A stretch of DNA of 64,000 nt from Candidatus Undinarchaeales archaeon (GTDB taxonomy: Archaea; SpSt-1190; JASMDC01): contig JASMDC010000002.1 of assembly GCA_030753015.1 (NCBI GenBank), forward strand, positions 1 through 64,000, given 5' to 3'. The translations under genes were made by a program, and so were the position numbers. Each line of letters begins with the position of its first letter. The first letter of the stretch is position 1. This document shows positions 9,017-19,500 of the stretch, piece after piece. The notes under the pieces are model-generated. The model saw only the letters and a list, made by a program, of their open reading frames with translations, had not been told where the DNA came from and did no database searches.

Positions 9017-9805
9017 CTATCCCACTTCGAACCGGGCCCGCTCGAAGTAGTTGATGTCCACCAGCCGGATGAGTCGGGCCCGTTGCTCGGAGGCGGCGAG
9101 CACCAGCTCGCCGTGGGCCGGGAGAGTGGCCTCGCACTGGCCGTCAACCACGACCGTGGCCGGTTGGTCGCCCAGCACGATGCGCAGACGGTCCCTAGTG
9201 GACACCACCGATGGTCGAGCGCTAAGCTTGAAAGGGCTGACGGGGACCACCACAAAGGCCTCTACCCGCCAGTCGACCACTGGACCACCGCAGGCCAGGG
9301 AGTAGGCCGTGGAGCCTGTGGGCGTCGCCACGATAAGGCCGTCGGCACGGACCTTTTCCACCAGCTTGTCGCCGGTGTACACCTCGTACTCGATGATGAA
9401 GCCCGGCCGGGTGCCCATGATCGCCACCTCGTTGAGCGCGTCGGGCAGGTCCAGCCCCGAGATCGAGAGCTTGAGCCGGTCCTCGGTGTCGTAGTCGCCA
9501 TCGAGGATGGTGTCCAGGGACGGTAGCATGTCCTCGACCTCGATGTCGGAGAGGAAGTTGAGGCTGCCCACCCGGATGCACACTAGCGGGACGCCGGGGT
9601 GATGTGTCTCGGCGTGGAGCAGGGAACCGTCACCGCCGACGGCGATCATCATGTCGGGTACGCCCGGGTAGGGCTCCATCCCAAGCACCTTGGCGTTCTC
9701 CTCATTGAGAATGATCTCAAGTCCCTTCTTGCGCAAATGATCGTGGATGGTGCGGGCGATAGAGAGCGCCTGATCGCTGCGCTTCACGAAAAGGCCGATC
9801 CTCAT
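9017..9805 (-). CDS. nadK: NAD(+) kinase
   Basis: GGDGS, GSLNFL, ALNE, DGLIVATPTGSTAYSLACGGP motifs; start at MRIGLFV. Confidence 0.95.
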   Translation of the reverse strand: MRIGLFVKRSDQALSIARTIHDHLRKKGLEIILNEENAKVLGMEPYPGVPDMMIAVGGDGSLLHAETHHPGVPLVCIRVGSLNFLSDIEVEDMLPSLDTILDGDYDTEDRLKLSISGLDLPDALNEVAIMGTRPGFIIEYEVYTGDKLVEKVRADGLIVATPTGSTAYSLACGGPVVDWRVEAFVVVPVSPFKLSARPSVVSTRDRLRIVLGDQPATVVVDGQCEATLPAHGELVLAASEQRARLIRLVDINYFERARFEVG

Positions 9806-9863
9806 CGCCCCTCGCACCCCGGTGCAATATAATAAAGGTTTCCCATCCCGGACCGGCGTTCGC

Positions 9864-11114
9864 TCACAACCCAGTGCCTTCGGGCCAGTCGAGCATCTGG
9901 ACGGTGAGCTCGGTCCCGGCCTCGATCCGCTTGGTCCCCTCGGGAACGACGGCCAGACCGTTGGCACGGGACATGGACGTCAGCATACCGGAGCCCTGCT
10001 CGCCGGTAGTGTGAGCGTGGAACCGGTCGTCGCGTCGCTCGACCATCACCCTGATGAATCCTCGCCGACCGCTGTTGGAGACCGCCTCGTCCAGCACTGC
10101 CCGCACCGTGGGTTTGGCCAGATCGCTCCGTCCGAGCATGCGCAGGATGGCAGGCCTAACGAACTGTTCGAAGCTCACCATGGTGGACACCGGATTGCCC
10201 GGTAGGCCCACGAGGGGCACGTCGCCGGCCAGCAGACCGAACGCCAGTGGTTTTCCCGGCTTCATGTTCACCTGCCAGAACCGCATCCGACCCTCAGCGT
10301 CCAGCACGTCCTTGACCACGTCGTAGTCGCCCACCGACACGCCGCCCGAAGTGAGCACCAAGTCGGCACCATTGTCCAGTGCTGCACGGAGCTTGGCAGT
10401 GAGGTCGTCGGTAGTATCACGGGCGATACCTAGGGCGAGCGGCACACCGCCCGTCCGGGTCACGAGGGCTACCATTGAGTGCTCGTTGGAGTTGCGGATC
10501 TTGCCCGGTCCGAGCGGTTCGTCCACATCCACCAGCTCGTCACCAGTGGCAAGGATGGCCACACGCGGTCGTCGGTGGACCGTGACCGTGGCACAGCCCA
10601 GGGACGCGAGAACGCCCACCTCGGCGGGACGGACCAGCCGGCCACGCTCCAGCACGACCTCGCCGCTGTGTACGTCCTCGCCGCTGGGGCGCACGTTCTT
10701 TTTGGGTGGGACGGAGGCCCTGATCTCGATGACGTCCGCTGGCGACGCCAGCCGGTCCTGTTTGGACCGATCGAAGTCGGACGTGTCCTCGTACTTGACC
10801 ACGGCGTCGGCACCGGGAGGGAGAGGAGCACCGGTCATGATCCGCACTGCTGTGCCCGGTGCCACGGTTTCTGCGTGGACGTACCCGGCGGCCACGGACC
10901 CGGCGACCCTCAGGGTCACAGGCACACTAAGAGTGTCGGAGGCGCGGACGGCGTATCCGTCCATAGCGGAGTTGTCGAACGGAGGGATGTCGGTGTTGGC
11001 CACAACGTCAGCGGCGACGACCTGTCCCAGCGCCTCGATGATGGGCACCTCTACGGGCTCCAGTGCCTTCACGTGCGCCAGGATCTCTGCGAGCGCGTCC
11101 TCCACGGATATCAT
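9864..11114 (-). CDS. moeA: Molybdopterin molybdotransferase MoeA
   Basis: PPFDNSAMDGYAV, RIMTGAPLP, ATGDEL, TSGGVSVGDYD, KPGKP, GLPGNPVS. Confidence 0.96.
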   Translation of the reverse strand: MISVEDALAEILAHVKALEPVEVPIIEALGQVVAADVVANTDIPPFDNSAMDGYAVRASDTLSVPVTLRVAGSVAAGYVHAETVAPGTAVRIMTGAPLPPGADAVVKYEDTSDFDRSKQDRLASPADVIEIRASVPPKKNVRPSGEDVHSGEVVLERGRLVRPAEVGVLASLGCATVTVHRRPRVAILATGDELVDVDEPLGPGKIRNSNEHSMVALVTRTGGVPLALGIARDTTDDLTAKLRAALDNGADLVLTSGGVSVGDYDVVKDVLDAEGRMRFWQVNMKPGKPLAFGLLAGDVPLVGLPGNPVSTMVSFEQFVRPAILRMLGRSDLAKPTVRAVLDEAVSNSGRRGFIRVMVERRDDRFHAHTTGEQGSGMLTSMSRANGLAVVPEGTKRIEAGTELTVQMLDWPEGTGL

Positions 11115-11233
11115 GGTATCGTACCTTGAGCGCGACCAGCCGGCACAACCATTTAATCCTTTCCCGGCAGCGCACACCCGTCAGGTGAAAACGTTTAAAG
11201 CGTTGCACTAGGCCACCTTGCCCGGTAAGCGAG

Positions 11234-12310
11234 ATGGACGTGGGACAACGAGAGAACATCGCCCTCGCGGTCTTGCTGTCCATGACGCTTCTTGCTGGGT
11301 GCACCAGCGGCGGGACGGGGAACGTGTCTGGATCGGGAAAGACCGATGCACCCCCCACGACTAAGGGGACGACCGTGCTGAGCATCTATCATGCTGGAAG
11401 CCTGGCAGTGCCGTTCGAGGCACTGGAGAAGACATTCGAAGCTTTGCACCCGGACATCGACATCCAGCGCGAGGCCGCGGGCTCAGTGAAGAGTGTGCGC
11501 AAGATGACCGAGCTGGGAAAGACACCTGATGTACTGGCCACGGCCGACTACAGCCTCATCCCGAGTATGACGATCCCGGACCACGCTAGCTGGTACGCGG
11601 CCTTCGCCACCAACGAGCTGGTGATCGCCTACAACGAGAAGAGCGCCTACCGCGACGAGATCACCACGGACAACTGGTTCGAGGTCCTGCGCCGGCCTGA
11701 CGTGAAGTTCGGATTCTCCAATCCCAACGACGATCCTTGCGGCTACAGGGCGACCATGATCAACCTATTGGCCGAGACACATTACAGGGACGACAAGATA
11801 TTCAAGGACCTCATCGCCTCCAACGTCGCCTTCACCGTGGAGAACGACACCAGGGTCGTCGTACCGAAGAGCGAAGCGTTCGATCCGAACACCAAGAAGG
11901 TGCTCATCCGCAGCATGGAGACCGAGCTCCTGGCCGCGCTCGAGAGCGGTGAGATCGACTACTTCTTCATCTACCGGTCGGTCGCAATCCAGCACCACCT
12001 CGACTTCATCGAACTGCCCCGTGAGATCAACCTCGGGGCCACAGAGCACGGTGATTTCTACATGAAGTACTCACTGCAGCAGGCGACGGGGAAGGTCGTC
12101 CAGGCCAAGCCCATCGTGTACGGGGTGACCATCCCCGACAAGGCCGTTCATCCAGAGCTGGCGACGCAGTTCCTGGCCCTTCTCCTGGGAGAGGAGGGGC
12201 AGAAGATCTTCGCTGACCTGGGGCAGCCCCCCATCGTACCACCGATGTCCAGCGATCCTGGTAAGCTCCCGCAGGAGCTCCGGCCGCTGGTCCTGGCAGA
12301 GAATAAATAG
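11234..12310 (+). CDS. wtpA: Tungstate/molybdate ABC transporter substrate-binding lipoprotein
   Basis: LLAG|C lipobox, YHAGSL, EAAGSV, ATADY, SNPNDDPCGYR, IYRSVAIQH, PIVYGVTIP. Confidence 0.93.
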   Translation: MDVGQRENIALAVLLSMTLLAGCTSGGTGNVSGSGKTDAPPTTKGTTVLSIYHAGSLAVPFEALEKTFEALHPDIDIQREAAGSVKSVRKMTELGKTPDVLATADYSLIPSMTIPDHASWYAAFATNELVIAYNEKSAYRDEITTDNWFEVLRRPDVKFGFSNPNDDPCGYRATMINLLAETHYRDDKIFKDLIASNVAFTVENDTRVVVPKSEAFDPNTKKVLIRSMETELLAALESGEIDYFFIYRSVAIQHHLDFIELPREINLGATEHGDFYMKYSLQQATGKVVQAKPIVYGVTIPDKAVHPELATQFLALLLGEEGQKIFADLGQPPIVPPMSSDPGKLPQELRPLVLAENK

Positions 12311-12311
12311 G

Positions 12312-13148
12312 GTGACGAACATGGCCGGGACCGATGAGAGCATGCGAGGGCGCCTTGACCGGGCGTTCGGCGGTGTGCTCTGGCTCGGTATGGCCGCTGC
12401 CCTGCTCCTCGTGGTCCTCCCGCTGGCCGCCATGGTGTGGACCCAGGTGACCGGGGACTGGCCCCGGCTGATGGCTACCGCCGTCGACGACGCTGTTGTG
12501 TCGTCCATACTGCTCACCATGTACTGCGCGGTCCTCGCTACAGCTATCGCCATGGCCTTCGGGCTCCCGGCCGCCTACCTGCTCGCCCGTCACGAATTCA
12601 CGGGCAAGGAGCTTGTGGAGAGCGTGCTCGACGTGCCGGTGGTCATCCCGCACACCGTGGCAGGGATAGCTCTGCTGACGGTCCTGGGGCGCCACGGGCT
12701 CATCGGTGCACCGCTGGCGGACGTCATCACCTTCGTCGACGCGCTCCCCGGCGCCGTCGCCGCCATGCTCTTCGTCTCGTTCCCGTTCTTCGTCAACGCA
12801 GCTCGCGAGGGCATCGCTGCAGTCGATCCACGACTCGAGAACGTGGCGCGCACCCTGGGCGCCACCCGCTTGGAGGCCGTGACGCTGGTCACCTTGCCTC
12901 TGGCAGCACGGAGCGTGCTCTCGGGCGCGGTGATGACCTGGGCGCGAGGTGTGTCGGAGTTCGGCGCGGTTGTAATCATAGCCTACTACCCCATGATCGC
13001 ACCCACGCTCATCTACGAGCGTTACATAGGCCACGGGCTGGCGGCCTCCCGCCCGGTGGCCGTGATGCTCATCATGACCTGTCTGGGCGTGTTCCTGGCC
13101 ATGCGTGTTCTCTCAAGGAGGTTGTTTGCCTATGATCGAGCTCCGTGA
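12312..13148 (+). CDS. wtpB: Tungstate/molybdate ABC transporter permease
   Basis: DVPVVIPHTVAGIAL, EAA-like loop ENVARTLGA, WARGVSEFGAV. Confidence 0.93.
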   Translation: MTNMAGTDESMRGRLDRAFGGVLWLGMAAALLLVVLPLAAMVWTQVTGDWPRLMATAVDDAVVSSILLTMYCAVLATAIAMAFGLPAAYLLARHEFTGKELVESVLDVPVVIPHTVAGIALLTVLGRHGLIGAPLADVITFVDALPGAVAAMLFVSFPFFVNAAREGIAAVDPRLENVARTLGATRLEAVTLVTLPLAARSVLSGAVMTWARGVSEFGAVVIIAYYPMIAPTLIYERYIGHGLAASRPVAVMLIMTCLGVFLAMRVLSRRLFAYDRAP

Positions 13149-14199
13149 GGTCACCAAGAGTTGGCAGGGGTTCGCCCTTGAGGATATCGACCTGGAAGTA
13201 TCCGAGGGAGAGTATCTTGTGGTGCTCGGACCAAGTGCTGCGGGGAAGACGCTTTTACTCGAGATGGTGGCCGGGCTCCACTCCCCCGACGCAGGCAGGA
13301 TCGTCATCGACGGTGTGGACGGCAGCGAGCTTCCGCCGGAACGGCGTCAGTTGGGCTTCGTCTATCAGGACTACGCCCTCTTCCCCCACCTCACCGTCCT
13401 GGAGAACGTGGCCTTCGGTGCGCGGTTCGGGCAGGGACTTGCGCGAGAGGACGCTGGTCGGACGGCACAAGAGCTCTTGGCGCGCGTGGGCGTGACCGAC
13501 TTGGCCGACCGTTCGCCAATGACCCTTTCAGGTGGGGAGCGTCAGCGTGTGGCACTAGCGCGGGCGCTGGCAGCACAACCCCGTGTGCTCCTGCTGGACG
13601 AGCCGTTGTCGGCACTGGACCAGACCACTCGTGACGAACTGCGCGCGCTGTTGCGTTCCATCCACCGTAAGACCGGTGTGACTGTTGTGCACGTCACCCA
13701 CGACCGGTCCGAAGCGGCATCGCTGGCCGACCGTGTAGCGGTGATGATGGAAGGTCGACTGGTACAGACCGGGACGGTGGAGGATGTGTTCTCCCGCCCC
13801 AAGACCGAGGCCGTCGCGCGGTTCGTAGGGGTAGAGAACCGGCTCACTGGTACCGTCACGGAGGTAGGCGAGCATACGCTCTCCGTCCGCGTTGGCGAGA
13901 ACGAGCTAGCCTCATCGCGTATCGACAGGTTCGCCGTTGACGACAAGGTGCGTGTGTACCTGCGGCCCGAGAACGTTACACTCCTCAAGCGCAAGCCCAA
14001 GTCGTCGGCCCGGAACCAGCTGCCTGCCACTGTCACGTCCGTGGAGCCGCTGGGCCATGTCCAGAAGGTCGAGCTCGACTGTGGATTCACTCTGGTGGCA
14101 CTGGTCACACCGCGCTCGGTGGAGGAGCTGGGGCTCGCAAAGGGTGCATCGGTAGTGGCCTCCTTCAAGGCTACGGCGGTCCACCTCCTGCCGTACTGA
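13132..14199 (+). CDS. wtpC: Tungstate/molybdate ABC transporter ATPase with C-terminal TOBE domains
   Basis: GPSAAGKT, LSGGERQR, LLLDEP, HVTHD; C-terminal SSARNQL...FKATAVHL TOBE region. Confidence 0.93.
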   Translation: MIELREVTKSWQGFALEDIDLEVSEGEYLVVLGPSAAGKTLLLEMVAGLHSPDAGRIVIDGVDGSELPPERRQLGFVYQDYALFPHLTVLENVAFGARFGQGLAREDAGRTAQELLARVGVTDLADRSPMTLSGGERQRVALARALAAQPRVLLLDEPLSALDQTTRDELRALLRSIHRKTGVTVVHVTHDRSEAASLADRVAVMMEGRLVQTGTVEDVFSRPKTEAVARFVGVENRLTGTVTEVGEHTLSVRVGENELASSRIDRFAVDDKVRVYLRPENVTLLKRKPKSSARNQLPATVTSVEPLGHVQKVELDCGFTLVALVTPRSVEELGLAKGASVVASFKATAVHLLPY

Positions 14200-14204
14200 C
14201 GTTC

Positions 14205-15179
14205 CTATTTGGTGGTCTCCACGCACGACGTGCGTGCGGTCGGATCGCTGATGCGTTCGCATAGCGTTGGGTCCTTGCTGTTCTGAGCGAGGTTGGTTAT
14301 GCACACGTTGCGGTTCAGCGGGCTCTCCACCTGCTCGCATACAGCGGGGTCCAACGTGACGAGGGCGATACAGAAGGCGCGGTTGTCGGCACCGACCACG
14401 TTATCACAGATGGACGGATCACCACCCGGAGCAAAGAATGTGGAGTAGCACCAGTCACGCAGGCCTTCGATGGTGAGATCACCGCATAGGGAGACGTTCC
14501 TCGCCTCCACGGCCGCGTCACCGATGCAGTTCTCCCGGTCGAACCGGTCGTCCTTCTCCTCGCAAGCGGCAAGGAGCGCGGCGGTCTTGGCCCTTCGCGC
14601 GGAAAGGGACGGGATGAGCGCCTCAAGTGGCAGTTCGAAGCTCGTGGGGGCCGTCGATGGCTCGGGTGTCGTCTCAGTGCAGGAACGGACCGTGAGCACG
14701 CCAGTGTCGGACAGCTCCAAGGCGACATCCCGGGTACCCTCGCGGGCCGAGCCCATCACCGTGAAGGGGACCTCGCCGATGGCCTCGCGTGGGAGCTCGA
14801 CCTCCATTGCGACCGTCAGCTCCTCGCCACTGGTGAGCGGGATGGACTGTGGAAGGGCGTAGAGCGGGCGCCCCTCTAGAGTGAGCTTCAGTTCCAGCGT
14901 CTCGCGTCGGTGGTTGACCACCCTCATCAGGATGGTGACGTTCGTGCCAGGACACCCGTTCGGCGCTGTCGATACAAGCTCGAGCTCAAGCCCACCATCT
15001 GCAGGCACGACTGTCGGCGGTGTACCTCCTTGGAGTGCGAGGAACACGAGCACGATGGCCACGGCAGCGATGGCGAACGTGGCACTGCGGTCGCGGGGCG
15101 GGCAGCCCTCGCATGGGGCGATATCCTCGTCGCGCGCATCCTCGTGCTCCCGGGCCACGGCGATATCTGTGGAAGTCAC
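14205..15179 (-). CDS. Membrane-anchored protein with Ig-like domain and C-terminal Cys-pair helical repeats
   Basis: N-terminal TM (FAIAAVAIVLVFLAL), beta-rich middle, then five repeats of C-x8~11-R-x2-C-x~10-D-P-x2. Confidence 0.75.
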   Translation of the reverse strand: MTSTDIAVAREHEDARDEDIAPCEGCPPRDRSATFAIAAVAIVLVFLALQGGTPPTVVPADGGLELELVSTAPNGCPGTNVTILMRVVNHRRETLELKLTLEGRPLYALPQSIPLTSGEELTVAMEVELPREAIGEVPFTVMGSAREGTRDVALELSDTGVLTVRSCTETTPEPSTAPTSFELPLEALIPSLSARRAKTAALLAACEEKDDRFDRENCIGDAAVEARNVSLCGDLTIEGLRDWCYSTFFAPGGDPSICDNVVGADNRAFCIALVTLDPAVCEQVESPLNRNVCITNLAQNSKDPTLCERISDPTARTSCVETTK

Positions 15180-15299
15180 TTTCTTAAGCCTGCTGTTGAG
15201 CGCATGCGTCCCGTAGATGCGGGAAGAAATAGGTTCAGGGATCGTCCGGGGGCGATGATCGCCCCCGGTCCGTTCCCTTGAATGCTACTTTTTTTACCG

Positions 15300-16268
15300 T
15301 CACTCGGCGCGGTTCTTGCGCCGCTCGCGGCGGGACATGGAGTCGTTCGTGAGCTCGAGCTCCCTCACGAGCTCCTTGTACCGGTTCCGGAGGGTTATCT
15401 CCGTGATGCCGGCGACCTTGGCGGCCTCCTTCTGCGCCATCTTCTTGCCCTCCATGCGGGCGGCGAGGTAGAGTGCCGCAATGGCCACGCCCCGGGGATC
15501 CTTGCCCGAAGTGATCTCCTTTTCCTTGGCGTCCTTGATGATCTCGAAGGCCTTGGCCTGGATCTCGCCGCTCAGCTCGAGCATGGTAGCAAAGCGCGGC
15601 ACGAAGTCCGTGGACGACGTGGGCAGCACCTTTATACCGAACTCCCGGGCGATGAACCGGTAAGCCTTCCCGATGTCACGCTTGGTGATGGAAGAGACCT
15701 CGGATATCTCCTTGAGTGTGCGAGGGCAGCCATGCTGCCGGCAGGCGGCATAGAGCGCGCCGGCCACGAGGCTCTCCATGGAGCGCCCGCGCACCATGCC
15801 CTTCTCCACCGCGCGGCGGTAGATGAGAGCAGTGGCCTCTTCGACGTTCTTCGGGATGTCCAGATACGATATGTATCGCTTCAGTTCCGAGAGCGCATAC
15901 TTCAGGCTCCGCTCCTTGGCGGTGGCGAAGCGGCCCTGCCACTTCTTGAGCCGGAAGTACTGCGAGCGCTTGCTCGGTGGGAGCTTGTAAATCTCCGCTA
16001 CTGAGGCGCCCACGTTCGTGGACAATCCTTGGTCATGTCTCGACAGCGAGAGCGGTGCGCCGACACGCTTGCGTCGGTCAGAGCCCTCGTCATCGAATTC
16101 GCGCCATTCCTTGCTGCAGTCCACGATCGATTCCTCGATCACGAGGCCACAGCTATTACAGATGATTTCAGCGCGGTTCCCGTCCTGGAAGAGCTTGTTA
16201 CTACCGCATTCTGGGCATTCGCTCACACCGTACTCTGAGATCACCTGTACTTCAGCATTCAAGTCCAT
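15300..16268 (-). CDS. tfb: Transcription initiation factor IIB (TFB)
   Basis: Zn ribbon CPECGS...CNSCG, B-reader EWREF, two cyclin repeats (RGRSME...LYAACR; SGKDP...ITEITLRNRYKEL). Confidence 0.97.
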   Translation of the reverse strand: MDLNAEVQVISEYGVSECPECGSNKLFQDGNRAEIICNSCGLVIEESIVDCSKEWREFDDEGSDRRKRVGAPLSLSRHDQGLSTNVGASVAEIYKLPPSKRSQYFRLKKWQGRFATAKERSLKYALSELKRYISYLDIPKNVEEATALIYRRAVEKGMVRGRSMESLVAGALYAACRQHGCPRTLKEISEVSSITKRDIGKAYRFIAREFGIKVLPTSSTDFVPRFATMLELSGEIQAKAFEIIKDAKEKEITSGKDPRGVAIAALYLAARMEGKKMAQKEAAKVAGITEITLRNRYKELVRELELTNDSMSRRERRKNRAE

Positions 16269-16477
16269 CTCGTCCTGTCCCTCCAAAAACCGATTAACGG
16301 TATTTCCCCTGAATTGAAGTCGGTATAATCAGTAGAGACCTTAGAAGCCTGTTTGGGGCGCATTGGTGCGCTCCAGCCCTTCGCTTGTCCCCGCTTGGCC
16401 ACTCCCCCTACTAAAGGGGCAATAGTCAAGGTTTCTGACCTCCCCGCCTTCAACTTCAGTCACAATGGGAAAGGTTG

Positions 16478-16493
16478 TTTATAAAGTTTTCGG
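16478..16493 (-). promoter_or_regulatory. BRE-TATA promoter (CGAAAAC TTTATAAA) upstream of tfb
   Basis: Minus strand reads cgaaaactttataaac, a consensus archaeal BRE plus TATA, ~210 nt upstream of the tfb ATG. Confidence 0.6.
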
Positions 16494-16584
16494 GACTGAA
16501 TGACCTACATCGGGCCCAGGCCACCCTTTTTCGGCTGAATTCCCTCTTTTAAATCTATACTTGAGGTGGGTCAACGGGGAACGG

Positions 16585-19500
16585 CTATGGCTTCCCGTTG
16601 TCCTTTTCCGCTTCAGTCTTGCCTTTTTCGTTCTTCCCTTCGATCTCTTCGATACGGTCGAGAACCTCGAGGATCGCAGCCAGTTTATCCTCCTCGAGCC
16701 GCTCCAGGATGGGGAGCGAGGTCCTCGGAACGGGGACGGGCGTAGGTTCTACTCCCACGACCTCGGCGATGAGCGCGGCCTCCTTCTCCTTCAGGTGACC
16801 GAGCTCCTTGATCTCTTCCCTGAATGTAAGGGCGCTCGCCGCTGCTCTTTCCGCCAGCTCGTTGAAGGTGGGCGGCCTTTCCTCGACAGGCTCTACCGGC
16901 TTGGTGACCAGCTCGGGCCTGGCCACAGCGACGGTCACGCCTTCCTCGATGACAGCGCGCCGTCCGCGCATGGACAGAGCGGACATGCCGATGGTCACGA
17001 CCATGAGGATCATCAGCGCGCCCACTAGGAGGGGGCTTCCGAGGCCCGAGGCCGTCTCGACGGTGCGACAGGCACCATCGCTGCACAGGGAGTCGAACGG
17101 GCAGCCGCAATCGGTGCAGCAGGACGACTGGTCCTCACCTTCACCGCAGATACCGTCGCCGCATACGCCCTCGGCGACGCATACGTCCGCCGTGCACAAG
17201 AGACCATCGCCGCACGAGCAATCGGAGCAGCACGTGGATGAATCCTCCCCAGCATCGCACTGGTTGTTGCCGCAGGTGCAGTCGGCCGGGCAGGTCAAGA
17301 GGTCCTCGCCGGAACCGCACACGCCGTCCCCGCAGTCCGTCTCCTCGACCAGGATGACCGGCTGGGAGAACACCGACGCGTTGACCTTGCTCAGGTCCTT
17401 GGCCACCTTGTACTCGATGACCACTTCCTCGCCGGGTTCGAGGTCGACGTACCATCCCAGGATGGGATCGTCCTTGAGGATGAAGTCCGGCGGTGGATCG
17501 AACACAAGCTGGGAGACGTCGCCAGCGATCGACTTGTCGATGGTCTCGACGATCCGCACGCCCTTCTTCGTCTCGTTCCCGTCGTTGCGGAGCTTGATGC
17601 CCACCGTTGAGCGGAAGCCCTCGTTCGTCTTCTTTACATTGAGGTCGCGCTTGACCTTCACCTCACGGCTGGCCTCGATCGATCGATCGACCATGGACTG
17701 GACCTGCTTGGCCGCCACGATCGAGCTGATGGTTTTGCCACCCGATGTACCCGACGTGGCCATCTTCGACCTGGTGACCAGAGTGGCGATGCCCGCAACC
17801 GTGCGCTTGCGCTCCTCCTTGCGGCGGGTGGCTGTGGGTGATTCCGTGCCGGTCCCCGTACCCGTTCCGGACACATCGCCCGTCCCCGTACCTGTTCCGG
17901 ACACATCGCCCGTACCGGTCCCGGTGCCGACGTCCTCCTCATACTCCTCGTCATAATCAAATGAGCGGCTGATCTCCTCTTCCACGATAATGCACTGCTG
18001 GGTGATCGTGTCGCACTCCTCATCGCCGAAGCAGCCGCAGTCGGTGCAGCAGGTCTCGCCCGGACTGCAGGTACCGTCGCCGCAGGTGGTGCAGTCCGTC
18101 GGGCATGTGAGGATCTCTCCGGCCTCGCACGTCCCGTCGCCGCAGGTCGTGGTCTGGCATATCGCGAGCACGGGATTGCACACTCCTTCACCGGGGCAGC
18201 CGCAGTCAGCACAGCAGGATGCCTGGTCCTCGTCCCCGGAGCACTCACCGTCGCCACACACTGCACAGTCGGCAGCGCAGGAGGCAGTCGTCTCGTCTAT
18301 GTCGCATGTACCGTCACCGCATATGGAAACGGGCAGGCAGATGAGGTCGCAGGCGAAGCCGTCGGGGCAGCCGCAGTCGGTACAGCAGGTGGCCGTCGTC
18401 TCGTCACCGGTGCACTGGGCGTCACCGCACACCGAGCAATCCGCGGCGCATCCTGCAAGGTCCTCGCCATCCTCGCACGTCCCGTCACCGCACACTGTGT
18501 CCGAAAGGCACAGGAGCTGGCTCGGGTCGCAGGAGGTACCGGCCGGGCAGGCGCAGTCGGTGCAGCAGGTAGCGCTGGTCTCGGCGCCGGTGCACTGGCC
18601 GTCACCGCACACCGTACAATCGCTGGGGCAGTTAATGAAGTTCTCATCACCCGTGCAGGTACCGTCGCCGCAGCTACTGAGGTCGAGCGGGCAGTCGCCG
18701 GGGCATGTGGTACTGTCCTCACCGCCCTCGCACAGGTCGTCACCGCAGATGGGGCAGGTGTCTTCATCGCGCAGGAGGCGGACGGTGACGGTAGTGTCGT
18801 TCACGAAGCTCTTTTCGTCCTCGCGCTCGAACACACCTCGTACCTGGATCTGGACGTCCGTGGTGGCGCACACGGAGTCGGTGGCAAGGGTGATGTCCTT
18901 GAGCCGGGAGTACTCGACGTGGTCCTTGAGCGTCTGCGCCTCGTCCTTGTAGATCCAGTGGGACAGGGCCGGGAGCGAGAAGCTCAGCGGGTCGGGGCGA
19001 ACACCGGTCCCCGAGACGCTCACGTCGACGTCCAGTGCCTCAACGGAGCCTTCAAGCTCGGTGAAGTTACAGGTGAGAGTCGCCGAGGTCCCCGAGGGCA
19101 GCGACAGGACAGAGCCTCCGTTGCAGGTGATATCGAAGGTAGCGTCCATGGTATAACCGCCCACAGTTCCGCCACCGCTGCTGGTGGTCGTGCTGCCGCT
19201 GGGCGTCGCACCGCCCGTGGACGTACTGCCGCTGCTGCTGCCGCCCATACCGACTGAACCGGGATAGGGCGCGTCTCCCTTGACGTGATAGCGCATGGAC
19301 GGGTACTCCCTGATGGTCGGAGCCTTCCATTCAATGTAGGCGTACTCGTCCTTGTACTCGTGCGGCACCATCCGCAGCGCGTAGACCGTGTTCTCCTTGA
19401 TCGAGGTCTCGCCCGACGTGGCCGTTGTGTTGCGCTCCCACACGTCGGTGACGTAGCTCGTTCGGTGGTCGTTCCACACCTGCATGATGATGCCCGTCAG

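Noticed and set aside
16395-16412. GGGGGAGTGGCCAAGCGG (minus) resembling a tRNA 5' half
   Set aside because: No T-arm or matching acceptor 3' strand; kept only as part of the candidate tfb leader.
16808-18952. Long + strand ORFs rich in QSVQQ/PSPH repeats
   Set aside because: Antisense shadows of the giant gene's Cys-rich repeats.
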